A stretch of 59,637 bases of DNA from Acidimicrobiia bacterium (GTDB taxonomy: Bacteria > Actinomycetota > Acidimicrobiia > Spongiisociales > ZC4RG35). The translations under genes and the position numbers were made by a program. The stretch is from assembly GCA_015488325.1 (NCBI GenBank), contig WFOA01000017.1:1-59637 (forward strand), written 5' to 3'. Below, piece after piece: positions 17,747 to 25,714 of the stretch. How positions within the stretch are numbered: the stretch's first letter is position 1; the number at the start of each line of letters is the position of its first letter. The notes under the pieces were generated by a model. It worked only from the letters and a program-made list of their open reading frames with translations, made no database searches and was not told where the DNA came from.

Positions 17747-18101
17747 CCTCTTCTCCCTCCAGCACTCGCTCGACGCCGGCGACGAGGCGTCGCCAGTCTC
17801 GTACCCACTCTCCGAGGGCTGCTCGTCCCGGTTCTGCGATCCGGTAGTACTTCCGGGCCGGACCTTCCGGTGATGCCACCAGATATCCTTCGATCAGCCC
17901 CTGTTTCTGCAGGCGGGACAGCAGCGGGTAGATGGTTCCTTCCGAGACCAGGTCGAGGCCCCGTCGCGACAGCTTACGGACCATCTCGTAGCCGTAGCTG
18001 GGTTCCTCGGCGATGATCGCCAGGAGGCACATGTCCAGCACCCCTTTCAGCAGCTGTGAGGTCCGGTCGGGCCCGCTGCCGGTAGCTACCATATTTCGCA
18101 T
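17739..18101 (-). CDS. PadR-family transcriptional regulator
   Basis: 120 aa with the typical PadR winged-helix pattern (LLKGVLDMCLLAIIAEEPSYGYEMVRKL...SEGTIYPLLSRLQKQGLIEGY...GPARKYYRI). Confidence 0.92.
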   Translation of the reverse strand: MRNMVATGSGPDRTSQLLKGVLDMCLLAIIAEEPSYGYEMVRKLSRRGLDLVSEGTIYPLLSRLQKQGLIEGYLVASPEGPARKYYRIAEPGRAALGEWVRDWRRLVAGVERVLEGEEDG

Positions 18102-18302
18102 GGTAGCCGGTGCACCCAGCTAGTCAACAGTGCAAGATTGCGGGCGATGCCAGAGGTCCGCGGTTCGGTGCCGTTCCCGGCATCTCGGGTTCGGCAGGCC
18201 ACCGGAACGTGGGGTGTCGGGATCGGTCGGCCGAAAGGTTCGCCGCGTCTCTCACGTTGACACCGGGCGTGGCGTCGGCATGGCGCTGTATGTTTCGAGG
18301 GC

Positions 18303-18539
18303 GTGGAGAAGTATCCGTCGCTCAAATGGGGGAAGCTGCGCAGGATTCTGGAACGGGAACCGCTGCTATACGAGATCGTTCGCCAAAGAGGCTCGCATGT
18401 GAAGCTCGTGTCGCGAAATGGCTACCCAGATCTGTTTCTGGCGTTCCACGAAGGGGTGGAGATACCCCCTGGTCTCGTCAAGAAGATCCTTACCCGAGAT
18501 GTGGGCTTGTCCGATGAAGAAGCGAGGGCACTACTGTGA
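18303..18539 (+). CDS. hicA: HicA-family toxin (mRNA interferase-like)
   Basis: 78 aa with a HicA/YcfA-like pattern (KWGKLRRILE...RQRGSHVKLVS...EIPPGLVKKILTRDVGLS). GTG start with GAGGG upstream. Composition is AT-richer than the flanks. Confidence 0.75.
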   Translation: MEKYPSLKWGKLRRILEREPLLYEIVRQRGSHVKLVSRNGYPDLFLAFHEGVEIPPGLVKKILTRDVGLSDEEARALL

Positions 18540-18559
18540 CAGCAGAGAGAGGAGTCCAG

Positions 18560-18811
18560 ATGCGTGTCACGATTCTGGTGCACCTGGAGGACGGTGTGTG
18601 GTGGGCCGAGTCACCGCAGGTTCCTGGCTTTTCGGCGTGCCAGCCGTCACTGCGGGATGTTGAAGCAGCAGCCAAGCTTGCCATTCGCGAGATCCTGGAA
18701 GAGTTGGGGACCGAGGAACCGATCGCGTTCGAGACCCGGCTCGTAGCGTCGCAGCCGACCACCGCAGCAGACCTCGTGGATCCCCTGAAGGTGACAACGA
18801 AGGTAGCGTGA
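18560..18811 (+). CDS. hicB: HicB-family antitoxin-like protein (UPF0150 fold, no obvious DNA-binding tail)
   Basis: ATG at 18560 is preceded by GAGAGAGGAG. The pattern is MRVTILVHLEDGVWWAESPQVPGFSACQPSLRDVEAAAKLAIREILEEL. An alternative GTG at 18536 overlaps the hicA stop. Confidence 0.7.
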   Translation: MRVTILVHLEDGVWWAESPQVPGFSACQPSLRDVEAAAKLAIREILEELGTEEPIAFETRLVASQPTTAADLVDPLKVTTKVA

Positions 18812-18812
18812 C

Positions 18813-19220
18813 TTGGAACTCGCCGTCGCCACCCTATGTGACTACGCCAGTGTTCGAGAGGGGCTGATCTTCGTTCACGCCGGCGGTGTCACTCGACTGT
18901 GGCGAGACGAGTATCCGGCGAAGATGGGAGTTCATCTGGCTCTCGTCTTTCAGCTCCACCGAATGGAGCTGGGTCGCCCTCATGAAGTAGATGTCCGGAT
19001 CATGGGCCAGGACGCTGAAGTGGCGCATGTCAAGATCGGCTTCCAGGCCGACATGCCTGCGGATCTCAATATCGCTGAGACGGTTCAGCTCCCTGCCCCA
19101 GTGGACCTCTCTGGAGTCGAGATCCCCCAGCAGGGGCCGTATTCCGTCGAGATCGCGGTCGACGGAACCCATTTGCGCAGTCTGACCTTCCGGGCGTCCC
19201 CACGAACGCCGGCACGTTGA
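18813..19220 (+). CDS. Hypothetical 135-aa protein, third gene of the hicAB islet
   Basis: TTG start 1 nt after the hicB stop, with GAAGG about 10 nt upstream. Its composition matches hicAB. The pattern LCDYASVREGLIFVHAGG ... GPYSVEIAVDGTHLRSLTF suggests a small beta-rich domain of unknown function. Confidence 0.5.
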   Translation: MELAVATLCDYASVREGLIFVHAGGVTRLWRDEYPAKMGVHLALVFQLHRMELGRPHEVDVRIMGQDAEVAHVKIGFQADMPADLNIAETVQLPAPVDLSGVEIPQQGPYSVEIAVDGTHLRSLTFRASPRTPAR

Positions 19221-19253
19221 AGCTGCCGGCTGTCGCATCCACGCTGGTGCCCG

Positions 19254-19991
19254 ATGACTGACGGACGTGTGGGTCTGCTGATGTGTGACCACGTCGACGT
19301 CGAGGCGAGGGACGTGGCCGGCGACTACCCGGAGATGTTCTCGGACCTGTTGGCCGACCAGGCTGTGGACCTGGTCGGCTACGACGTCGTCGCCGGAGAG
19401 CTGCCGGCGGACCCGTCCGAATGCGACGGCTGGATCACCACCGGGTCGCGGGCGTCGGTGTACGACGGCGAGCCCTGGATCGCCGACCTGTCCGGTTTCG
19501 TCCGCCGCGTCCACGAGGCCGAGGTGCCCTTCGTCGGGATCTGTTTCGGTCACCAGCTCATCGCCCAGGCGCTCGGGGGTGAGGTGGCCCGGGCGCCCGG
19601 GGGCTGGGGTGTCGGCGCCAGGGTCGCCGTCGTGTCCTCGGCGGAGCCGTGGATGCAGCCGCCGGCCCGGCGGTTCCGCGTGCTGTATTCGCACCAGGAT
19701 CAGGTGGTGGCCCTCCCGCCGGGAGGTCGGGTCCTCGCCGCCGCACCCCATGCGCCGGTGGCGATGATGGCGGTGGGCGACCACCTGCTGGGGATCCAGG
19801 GTCACCCCGAGTTCCCCGCCGGCTACCTGCGGGTGCTCCTGGAGCGACGGCGGGGTGCCACCATCCCCGGCGACGTGGTCGACGATGCCCTCGGCACCCT
19901 CGAACTCCCCCTCCACCGACAGGTCGTGGCGGAGTGGATCGCCAGGTTCTTCTCTCCCGCCGCCGGTGGTCTCGGGGCGGCGAGAGGCTGA
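19254..19991 (+). CDS. Class I glutamine amidotransferase-like protein
   Basis: GATase1 nucleophile elbow (FVGICFGHQLIAQALGG) and HPEF near the C-terminus. Composition returns to high GC. Confidence 0.85.
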   Translation: MTDGRVGLLMCDHVDVEARDVAGDYPEMFSDLLADQAVDLVGYDVVAGELPADPSECDGWITTGSRASVYDGEPWIADLSGFVRRVHEAEVPFVGICFGHQLIAQALGGEVARAPGGWGVGARVAVVSSAEPWMQPPARRFRVLYSHQDQVVALPPGGRVLAAAPHAPVAMMAVGDHLLGIQGHPEFPAGYLRVLLERRRGATIPGDVVDDALGTLELPLHRQVVAEWIARFFSPAAGGLGAARG

Positions 19992-20055
19992 CCGTCCCCC
20001 CGAAATGGGTCCATCGATCCATGGTCGCGGATCCCGTTCCGGGTACCCTGAAGAC

Positions 20056-20454
20056 ATGGCGGGGCGACCATTTCTGGCAACCATCGATCAGCACATCGCC
20101 GCCGGTCATGTGTCGGTGAAGGTCACCCTCGGTGTGGGTGACGAGATCTACGTGGGGATCGCCGACGGCCCCGAGGATTCCCAGCATCGGGCCCGTCTGG
20201 TCGGGGAGGCCACCCTGCGTGCAGTGGAGGAGGCGGTGGGTGGAGCCACCACGTTCTACCTGAGCGCCGTCGCGACCACCGACCTGGGCCCTGTGAAGGT
20301 GGCCCTCGCCCAGGTGCGGGACGACGGGTGGAGCGACTACCTCGTCGGCTCGGCCCTCGTCCGAGAGGCGGACCCGAGCACGGCGACGGCCAAGGCCGTC
20401 CTCGACGCCCTCAACCGGCGGATCACCCACCGCGGGAACCCGGCCGCCAACTGA
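20056..20454 (+). CDS. Hypothetical 132-aa protein with two-fold internal repeat
   Basis: ATG at 20056 with high GC3. The two halves align (VKVTLGVGDEIYVGIADG..RLVGEATLRAVEEAV versus VKVALAQVRDD..YLVGSALV..ATAKAVLDALNRRI). I recognised no family. Confidence 0.5.
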   Translation: MAGRPFLATIDQHIAAGHVSVKVTLGVGDEIYVGIADGPEDSQHRARLVGEATLRAVEEAVGGATTFYLSAVATTDLGPVKVALAQVRDDGWSDYLVGSALVREADPSTATAKAVLDALNRRITHRGNPAAN

Positions 20455-20515
20455 GCGCTCCGGCGCCTAGATTCCTGAAGGAAGACCTGGGGACAGGAAT
20501 ATCTCCACGCTTCCC

Positions 20516-20542
20516 AAACTTGATATGATCAGACTCAAGTTT
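20516..20542 (+). promoter_or_regulatory. HAIR-type (HspR-associated inverted repeat) operator in the clpB promoter region
   Basis: AAACTTGA-N11-TCAAGTTT is a perfect inverted repeat. Its core CTTGATA-N7-ACTCAAG (20519-20539) compares with the HAIR consensus CTTGAGT-N7-ACTCAAG. It lies 30 nt upstream of the clpB ATG in an AT-rich stretch. Confidence 0.75.
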
Positions 20543-20571
20543 CATTACTCTCACGGAGGGGGTGTACCCGC

Positions 20572-23139
20572 ATGGATTTCAACAAGCTGACCACCAAGAG
20601 CCAGCAGGCGCTCATCGAATCGAAGACCCAGGCCCAGACCCGCAACCACGCCCAGATCCTTCCCGCCCATCTCATGGCGGCGATCCTGGGCCAGCCCGAA
20701 GGCCTCACCTACCCGTTGCTCGACGCCCTCGGGGTGCAGCCTGCGCAGCTCCGGAAGCGACTCGAAGAGATCCTCGACGGCCTCCCCAAGGTCTACGGCG
20801 GGGAGGAACCGGGGATGAGCCGGGAGTTGTCTCGGGTCCTCGAAGCCGCCGACCGGTTCCGGGAGGACTTCAAAGACGACTACCTGTCGGTCGAACACCT
20901 CGTCCTCGCCCTCACCGAATCCGAAGATCCCGTAGGTGAGGTCCTGCGGTCTCTGGGCGTCACCAAAGGTGCCACCCTCGAAGCGTTGATGCGGCTGCGG
21001 GGCAACCAGCGGGTCACCTCCCCGGATCCCGAAGCCACCTTCCAGGCCCTCGAACAGTACGGGCGTGACCTCACCGAAGCGGCCCGGCAAGGCAAGCTCG
21101 ACCCGGTGATCGGCCGGGACGACGAGATCCGCCGGGTCATCCAGGTGCTGTCGCGACGCACCAAGAACAACCCGGTGCTCATCGGCGAACCCGGAGTCGG
21201 GAAGACCGCCATCGTCGAAGGTCTGGCCCGCCGCATCGCCGACGGGGACGTGCCGGAAGGTCTGAAGGACAAGCGGATCGTCGCCCTCGACATGGGCGCG
21301 CTCATCGCCGGCGCCAAGTATCGCGGTGAGTTCGAGGAGCGGCTCAAGGCCGTCTTGAACGAGATCAAGGCGTCGGAAGGCCAGATCATCACCTTCATCG
21401 ACGAGATGCACACCATCGTCGGTGCCGGCGCGGCGGAAGGGGCGATGGACGCCTCCAACATGCTGAAGCCGATGCTGGCCCGAGGCGAGCTGCGGATGAT
21501 CGGTGCCACCACCCTCGACGAATACCGCAAACACGTCGAGAAGGACCCGGCGCTGGAGCGGCGGTTCGCTCCGATCTTCGTCGAGCCGCCGTCGGTGGAG
21601 GACACCATCGGCATCCTCCGGGGTCTGAAGGAACGCTACGAGGTGCATCACGGGGTGCGGATCGCCGACTCGGCGATCGTCGCCGCCGCCGTCCTCTCCG
21701 ACCGGTACATCACCGGGCGGTTCCTGCCGGACAAGGCGATCGACCTCATCGACGAGGCCGCCAGCCGCCTGCGGATCGAGATCGACTCGATGCCAGAGGA
21801 GATCGACGAGCTGACCCGCCGCAAGATCCAGTTGGAGATCGAACGGGAAGCCTTGAAGAAGGAGACCGACGAGGCCTCGAAGGAGCGGCTCGAAACCCTC
21901 GAACGGGAACTGGCCGACCTCGAAGAAGAGATCTCCTCGCTCACCGCCCGGTGGGAGTTGGAGAAACAGGCCATCACCGCGATCCGGGAGACGAAACAGA
22001 AGATCGAAGAGGTTCGGGCCGAAGCCGAGAAGGCCGAACGGGAGGGCGACCTCCAGCGGGCAGCCGAACTCCGGTACGGGACGCTGGTCCAGCTCGAACA
22101 GGAGCTGGCCGCACGTCAGGAAGAACTCGACAAGCTCCACGCCGAAGGGCGGATGCTCTCCGAAGAGGTGACCGACCAGGACGTCGCCGAGGTCGTGTCC
22201 CGCTGGACCGGCATCCCCGTCTCGAAGCTGATGCAGGGTGAGGTGGAGAAGCTGCTGCACCTCGAAGAGCACCTCCATCAGCGGGTGGTCGGCCAGGACC
22301 GGGCGGTCGAGGCGGTGGCCAGTGCGGTCCGCCGCAGCCGGGCCGGGCTGTCGGACCCGAACCGGCCGATCGGATCGTTCATCTTCCTCGGCCCCACCGG
22401 GGTAGGGAAGACCGAGCTGGCCCGGGCGCTGGCCGAGTTCCTCTTCGACGACGAGCGGGCGATGGTGCGGATCGACATGTCCGAGTACATGGAGAAGCAC
22501 ACCGTGTCCCGCCTGATCGGGGCACCTCCCGGCTACGTCGGGTACGAGGAGGGCGGTCAGCTCACCGAGGCGGTCCGGCGTCGTCCCTATTCGGTGATCC
22601 TGCTGGATGAGGTGGAGAAGGCCCACCACGACGTGTTCAACGTGCTGCTGCAGGTCCTCGACGACGGACGGCTGACCGACGGCCAAGGCCGGACGGTGGA
22701 TTTCACCAACACCGTGCTGATCATGACCTCCAACCTCGGTTCGGAGTTCATCCAGCCCGACCTGCCCGACGAAGTCGTCGAAGAGCGGGTGATGAACGCG
22801 GTGCGGGCCCATTTCCGACCCGAGTTCCTCAACCGGGTGGACGACATCATCGTCTTCCGCCGGCTCACCCCCGAGGAGCTGCGCCAGATCGTCGAGATCC
22901 AGCTCGGCCGGCTGCGCCGGCGTCTGGAGGAGCGGCGCCTCAGCTTGGAGGTGACCACCGCGGCGATGGACCTCCTCGCCGAGTGGGGCTACGACCCGGT
23001 GTACGGGGCGCGGCCGTTGAAGCGAGTCATCCAGAAGAAGCTGGAGGATCCGCTGGCGGAGATGCTGCTGGCCGGCACCTTCGGCGAAGGCGACACCGTC
23101 CACGTCGACGCCAAAGACGGCGAGCTCGTCTTCAGCTGA
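20572..23139 (+). CDS. clpB: ATP-dependent chaperone/disaggregase ClpB
   Basis: 855 aa with a Clp N-domain, two AAA+ modules ([15 protein letters not shown] and [17 protein letters not shown]), a long coiled-coil M-domain and the sensor motif [10 protein letters not shown]. Confidence 0.97.
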   Translation: MDFNKLTTKSQQALIESKTQAQTRNHAQILPAHLMAAILGQPEGLTYPLLDALGVQPAQLRKRLEEILDGLPKVYGGEEPGMSRELSRVLEAADRFREDFKDDYLSVEHLVLALTESEDPVGEVLRSLGVTKGATLEALMRLRGNQRVTSPDPEATFQALEQYGRDLTEAARQGKLDPVIGRDDEIRRVIQVLSRRTKNNPVLIGEPGVGKTAIVEGLARRIADGDVPEGLKDKRIVALDMGALIAGAKYRGEFEERLKAVLNEIKASEGQIITFIDEMHTIVGAGAAEGAMDASNMLKPMLARGELRMIGATTLDEYRKHVEKDPALERRFAPIFVEPPSVEDTIGILRGLKERYEVHHGVRIADSAIVAAAVLSDRYITGRFLPDKAIDLIDEAASRLRIEIDSMPEEIDELTRRKIQLEIEREALKKETDEASKERLETLERELADLEEEISSLTARWELEKQAITAIRETKQKIEEVRAEAEKAEREGDLQRAAELRYGTLVQLEQELAARQEELDKLHAEGRMLSEEVTDQDVAEVVSRWTGIPVSKLMQGEVEKLLHLEEHLHQRVVGQDRAVEAVASAVRRSRAGLSDPNRPIGSFIFLGPTGVGKTELARALAEFLFDDERAMVRIDMSEYMEKHTVSRLIGAPPGYVGYEEGGQLTEAVRRRPYSVILLDEVEKAHHDVFNVLLQVLDDGRLTDGQGRTVDFTNTVLIMTSNLGSEFIQPDLPDEVVEERVMNAVRAHFRPEFLNRVDDIIVFRRLTPEELRQIVEIQLGRLRRRLEERRLSLEVTTAAMDLLAEWGYDPVYGARPLKRVIQKKLEDPLAEMLLAGTFGEGDTVHVDAKDGELVFS

Positions 23140-23232
23140 TCCCAGCCGGCCCAGGGCCCGTGCGCGCCGCCATGGTGGCCGCGGGCCCAGGGTCGGCGAA
23201 CCGTCGGGCGGACCGTGGGCCCGAGATGCCCT

Positions 23233-23263
23233 CAGGCGACGCTACGAACCCTGGGTTGGTGGT
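23233..23263 (+). repeat. Solitary degenerate copy of the GACCCTGGGTC-core repeat (left flank of the MerR islet)
   Basis: CAGGCGACGCTACGAACCCTGGGTTGGTGGT aligns with array unit 2 at 25753-25786 (TAGGGCGACGCCGAGGACCCTGGGTCCTGGTGGT), giving 26 matches over 34 alignment columns. It is in the same orientation. It overlaps the last codons of the MerR gene. Confidence 0.55.
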
Positions 23264-23949
23264 TCGTCGGTGAGGAGCCGGGTGCGGGCGAGGGACCGGC
23301 GGAGGGCATAGTCCACCACCTGGCGGGCGAGGGCGACGAGCCGTTCGTACCGGTCGTCGGGGCCTTCGTCGCCGTCGTCCGACAGATGAGTCTCGAAGAG
23401 GCGTCGGAACCTGGCGGCGATCTGGTCGGTGAGTTCGAGGAGCGTGTCGAGTTCGGCGAGTACTGCGTCGGGTGGGATCCCCATCCGGATGACGGCGGCG
23501 CCCAACTCCAGGGCGCGGCGGTTCACCTGGACGCTTCCGTCGTCGGCGATCTGGACGAGTCCGAGCTCGGCTGCTTTTCGGAACAGCTCCGGGTCGAAGG
23601 CGACGTCCGGTCCGAAGATCTCCGCGGTCAACGTGGACGGGTCGACGGGTTCGAGCCGCACCGCTTCGGCGAGCTCTGGGTGGGAGATGACGTCGGCGAG
23701 GTCCAGTCCGGATTCGAGGGCTCGAAACAGATGACCGATCGCCGCCAGGGAGTATCCGTGGGATTTGAGGCGGGTGATCTGGCGGAGCCGTTGGACGTGT
23801 TCCGGGCCGTAGACGGTGCGCCGGCCCCTGCGGTCGGGTGGCGGCAACAACCGTCGGGTCTGGTACATCCGAACGGTGGAGGAGGGCAGGCCGAACAGGG
23901 CGGCCAGCTCCTCGATCGTGTATTCCTCCTCGGCGCCCACGACCGACAT
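23242..23949 (-). CDS. MerR-family transcriptional regulator with a ~160-aa C-terminal domain
   Basis: N-terminal MerR HTH (YTIEELAALFGLPSSTVRMYQTRRLLPPPDRRGRRTVYGPEHVQRLRQITRLKSHGYSLAAIGHLF). ATG at 23949 is preferred over the upstream TTG at 23976 listed in the track. Confidence 0.8.
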   Translation of the reverse strand: MSVVGAEEEYTIEELAALFGLPSSTVRMYQTRRLLPPPDRRGRRTVYGPEHVQRLRQITRLKSHGYSLAAIGHLFRALESGLDLADVISHPELAEAVRLEPVDPSTLTAEIFGPDVAFDPELFRKAAELGLVQIADDGSVQVNRRALELGAAVIRMGIPPDAVLAELDTLLELTDQIAARFRRLFETHLSDDGDEGPDDRYERLVALARQVVDYALRRSLARTRLLTDEPPTQGS

Positions 23950-23970
23950 GCAACTCAGGCGCGTGTCGAG

Positions 23971-24020
23971 TTGCAACCTGAGTTCTGTGCGTTATGATTC
24001 TGCGAGTAAAGATTCGCAGA
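23971..24020 (+). promoter_or_regulatory. Candidate sigma70-type promoter plus downstream inverted repeat for the secreted-protein gene
   Basis: TTGCAA (23971-23976), a 16-nt spacer, then TATGAT (23993-23998). It is followed immediately by TCTGCGA-N8-TCGCAGA (23999-24020). The region is a markedly AT-rich divergent intergenic segment between the MerR gene and the 24068 gene. Confidence 0.5.
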
Positions 24021-24067
24021 GTGATAGCTAGCGTACTGCGGGTCCGACGGTCACGAGGGGAGGGAGT

Positions 24068-25327
24068 ATGCGAAACCGGTTCCATCGGCTGGTCGTTTCC
24101 ACCGTTCTCGTCCTGTTAGGTGCGGGAGTTGCCTCTGGTGCCGATTCGGCTCCGGCACTCACGCCAACCGCCACAGGATGGAGCGTCACCGGGTTCGAGG
24201 TTGGTCCGAGTCGTGGGGCTTTCGGACGTTTCGAGACAGCTCCCGGGCGCAGATCGAGAGTCGATCTGGCAGCGGGGGAGAGGCGATACCTCCTAGATGA
24301 CACGGGTCGACCACTCGGTCTGCTGAGCGGTCCGACTCCGAGCCTTCGGATCGATGGGGGAGGAGGGTCGTACCGGGGGGTGCAGCCTGTCTCCTTTCTC
24401 CTCGATTGGGAGAGGAGTGAGTTGATCGTGAGCTGGAGAGCCGTGGAAGGTGCCCGAACCTACGAGGTGTTCGTCAACGATCGTTGGGTCGAATCGACGT
24501 CGGCGACGAGTACTCGTTTCCCCCTGGCCGAGCTCGCTGTGGACGATCTCGTGAACATCGAAGCAACGGACGACGACGCCCCCACTCCGTTGGAGCGGGT
24601 GATCGGCACGATGACCTTTGTCATCTCGGAGTTCGCACTGGGTACGGCACCTCCGCCGTTGCCCCCCGTAGGCCCCGTACCTCGAGGAGGCTCGCTCGAG
24701 GGGGCTGCCGGGACTCGGCCGGTCGGCACGGCGGCGGCGCCGAACGACACTCATTTCCGGTTCAAGACGTTCATCCCCGAGCAGTACGTCTCGGCACCGG
24801 CCATCTGCAACGGTGGCGGAGGTTTCACGAACGATCGGTTCTTCGGTGGTGACAACCGGTCGTGGAGTGCGACCTCGACGAAGTATCGGACACTCGCCGA
24901 CGTGGACCTGTATTGGGTAAGCGCTGACACGACGAGCCGGTATGTGGGAATGTCGCGTCTCTATCGGAGAAACGGCAACGGCACCTACACCCTGTTGGGG
25001 CGGAAGACGGCGTCTCAGACCGGGATCACCTTCTACGGTCCCAACACCTACCAGGGAAGCCGGAAGAACTTCATCGTGTACCACAGTGTGGGTAATCCCT
25101 TCTGTCCGCCAGGGATCGGCGTGATCGACTACAACGTCAGCGTGGTGGTCGATCGTATCGCCGGATACAACGGGTTCCAGGCCTGGGGCGCCCACGACCG
25201 GGCACCCAACTACGAGTTCTACTACCGGGACAACACCATCGGATGGCGACGCTTCCGGGCGTGGAACCACGGCAGCTTCATCTGCCTGTCCGCCTGCACG
25301 CAGACCAGCTTTTCGGTCGTCCGGTGA
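24068..25327 (+). CDS. Secreted protein of unknown function (signal peptide, FN3-like module, Cys-containing C-terminal domain)
   Basis: Signal peptide MRNRFHRLVVSTVLVLLGAGVASGA with GGGAGGGAG SD. There is an FN3-like stretch (LIVSWRAVEGARTYEVFVNDRWVESTSAT..VNIEATDD) and a ~200-aa W/Y/N/G-rich C-terminal domain with 4 Cys. GC is lower than the flanking core genes. Confidence 0.75.
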   Translation: MRNRFHRLVVSTVLVLLGAGVASGADSAPALTPTATGWSVTGFEVGPSRGAFGRFETAPGRRSRVDLAAGERRYLLDDTGRPLGLLSGPTPSLRIDGGGGSYRGVQPVSFLLDWERSELIVSWRAVEGARTYEVFVNDRWVESTSATSTRFPLAELAVDDLVNIEATDDDAPTPLERVIGTMTFVISEFALGTAPPPLPPVGPVPRGGSLEGAAGTRPVGTAAAPNDTHFRFKTFIPEQYVSAPAICNGGGGFTNDRFFGGDNRSWSATSTKYRTLADVDLYWVSADTTSRYVGMSRLYRRNGNGTYTLLGRKTASQTGITFYGPNTYQGSRKNFIVYHSVGNPFCPPGIGVIDYNVSVVVDRIAGYNGFQAWGAHDRAPNYEFYYRDNTIGWRRFRAWNHGSFICLSACTQTSFSVVR

Positions 25328-25393
25328 TCGTGCGTTCGTCTCCCAGGATGTGGACGCAGTGCGCAGGCAGATGGGTTCTTCGCTGGCTCCCAC

Positions 25394-25687
25394 GTGCGTG
25401 TCGTGGGTTCTGATCGATCTACTCCGCCGAAGGTCGTCCGGCATCCGGTCCGGTCACTGGTGGCCGTGCTGGCTGCCTGGGTGCTGGCGGTCTACGCCAG
25501 CTTGGCTCTGGTCGGCCCGTTCCTGACCGCCATCGTCCTAGGTCTCGTGGCGTTGGCAGTGAGTTGGGCGGCAGTGTTCCTGGCGTGGAAGTGGATGGGG
25601 CGGGGGATCCTCCGTTGGGTGGTGGCGGTGGTCGCCGGGTGGCTGACCTTCCAGGTATCGGCCTGGTCGATCTTCCACTTCTTCTGA
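25394..25687 (+). CDS. Small membrane protein (3 predicted TM helices), unknown function
   Basis: GTG start, 97 aa, W-rich hydrophobic helices (LVAVLAAWVLAVYASLALVGPFLTAIVLGLVALAVSWAAVFLAW...). Codon third positions are GC-biased in this frame. Confidence 0.5.
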   Translation: MRVVGSDRSTPPKVVRHPVRSLVAVLAAWVLAVYASLALVGPFLTAIVLGLVALAVSWAAVFLAWKWMGRGILRWVVAVVAGWLTFQVSAWSIFHFF

Positions 25688-25714
25688 CGCAGACCACCCC
25701 CTTTTCGGGGCCCT

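Noticed and set aside
18257-18294. TTGACA (18257-18262) and TATGTT (18289-18294) as a hicA promoter.
   Set aside because: The spacer between the two hexamers is 26 nt, far from the 16-19 nt needed. I could not find a better -10 partner.
18102-18302. Possible tRNA fragment or att site at the edge of the hicAB islet (GGTCCGCGGTTCGGTGCC resembles a T-arm).
   Set aside because: No complementary stem flanks the TTCG-like loop and there is no acceptor or anticodon arm. I found no matching direct repeat at the other islet edge (19221-19253).
23242-23949. The MerR-family gene next to clpB as the HspR repressor acting on the HAIR site.
   Set aside because: HspR is a short MerR protein normally encoded in the dnaK operon. 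This protein is about 235 aa with an unrelated C-terminal domain. It is divergently paired with the secreted-protein gene, so local control of that gene is the simpler reading.
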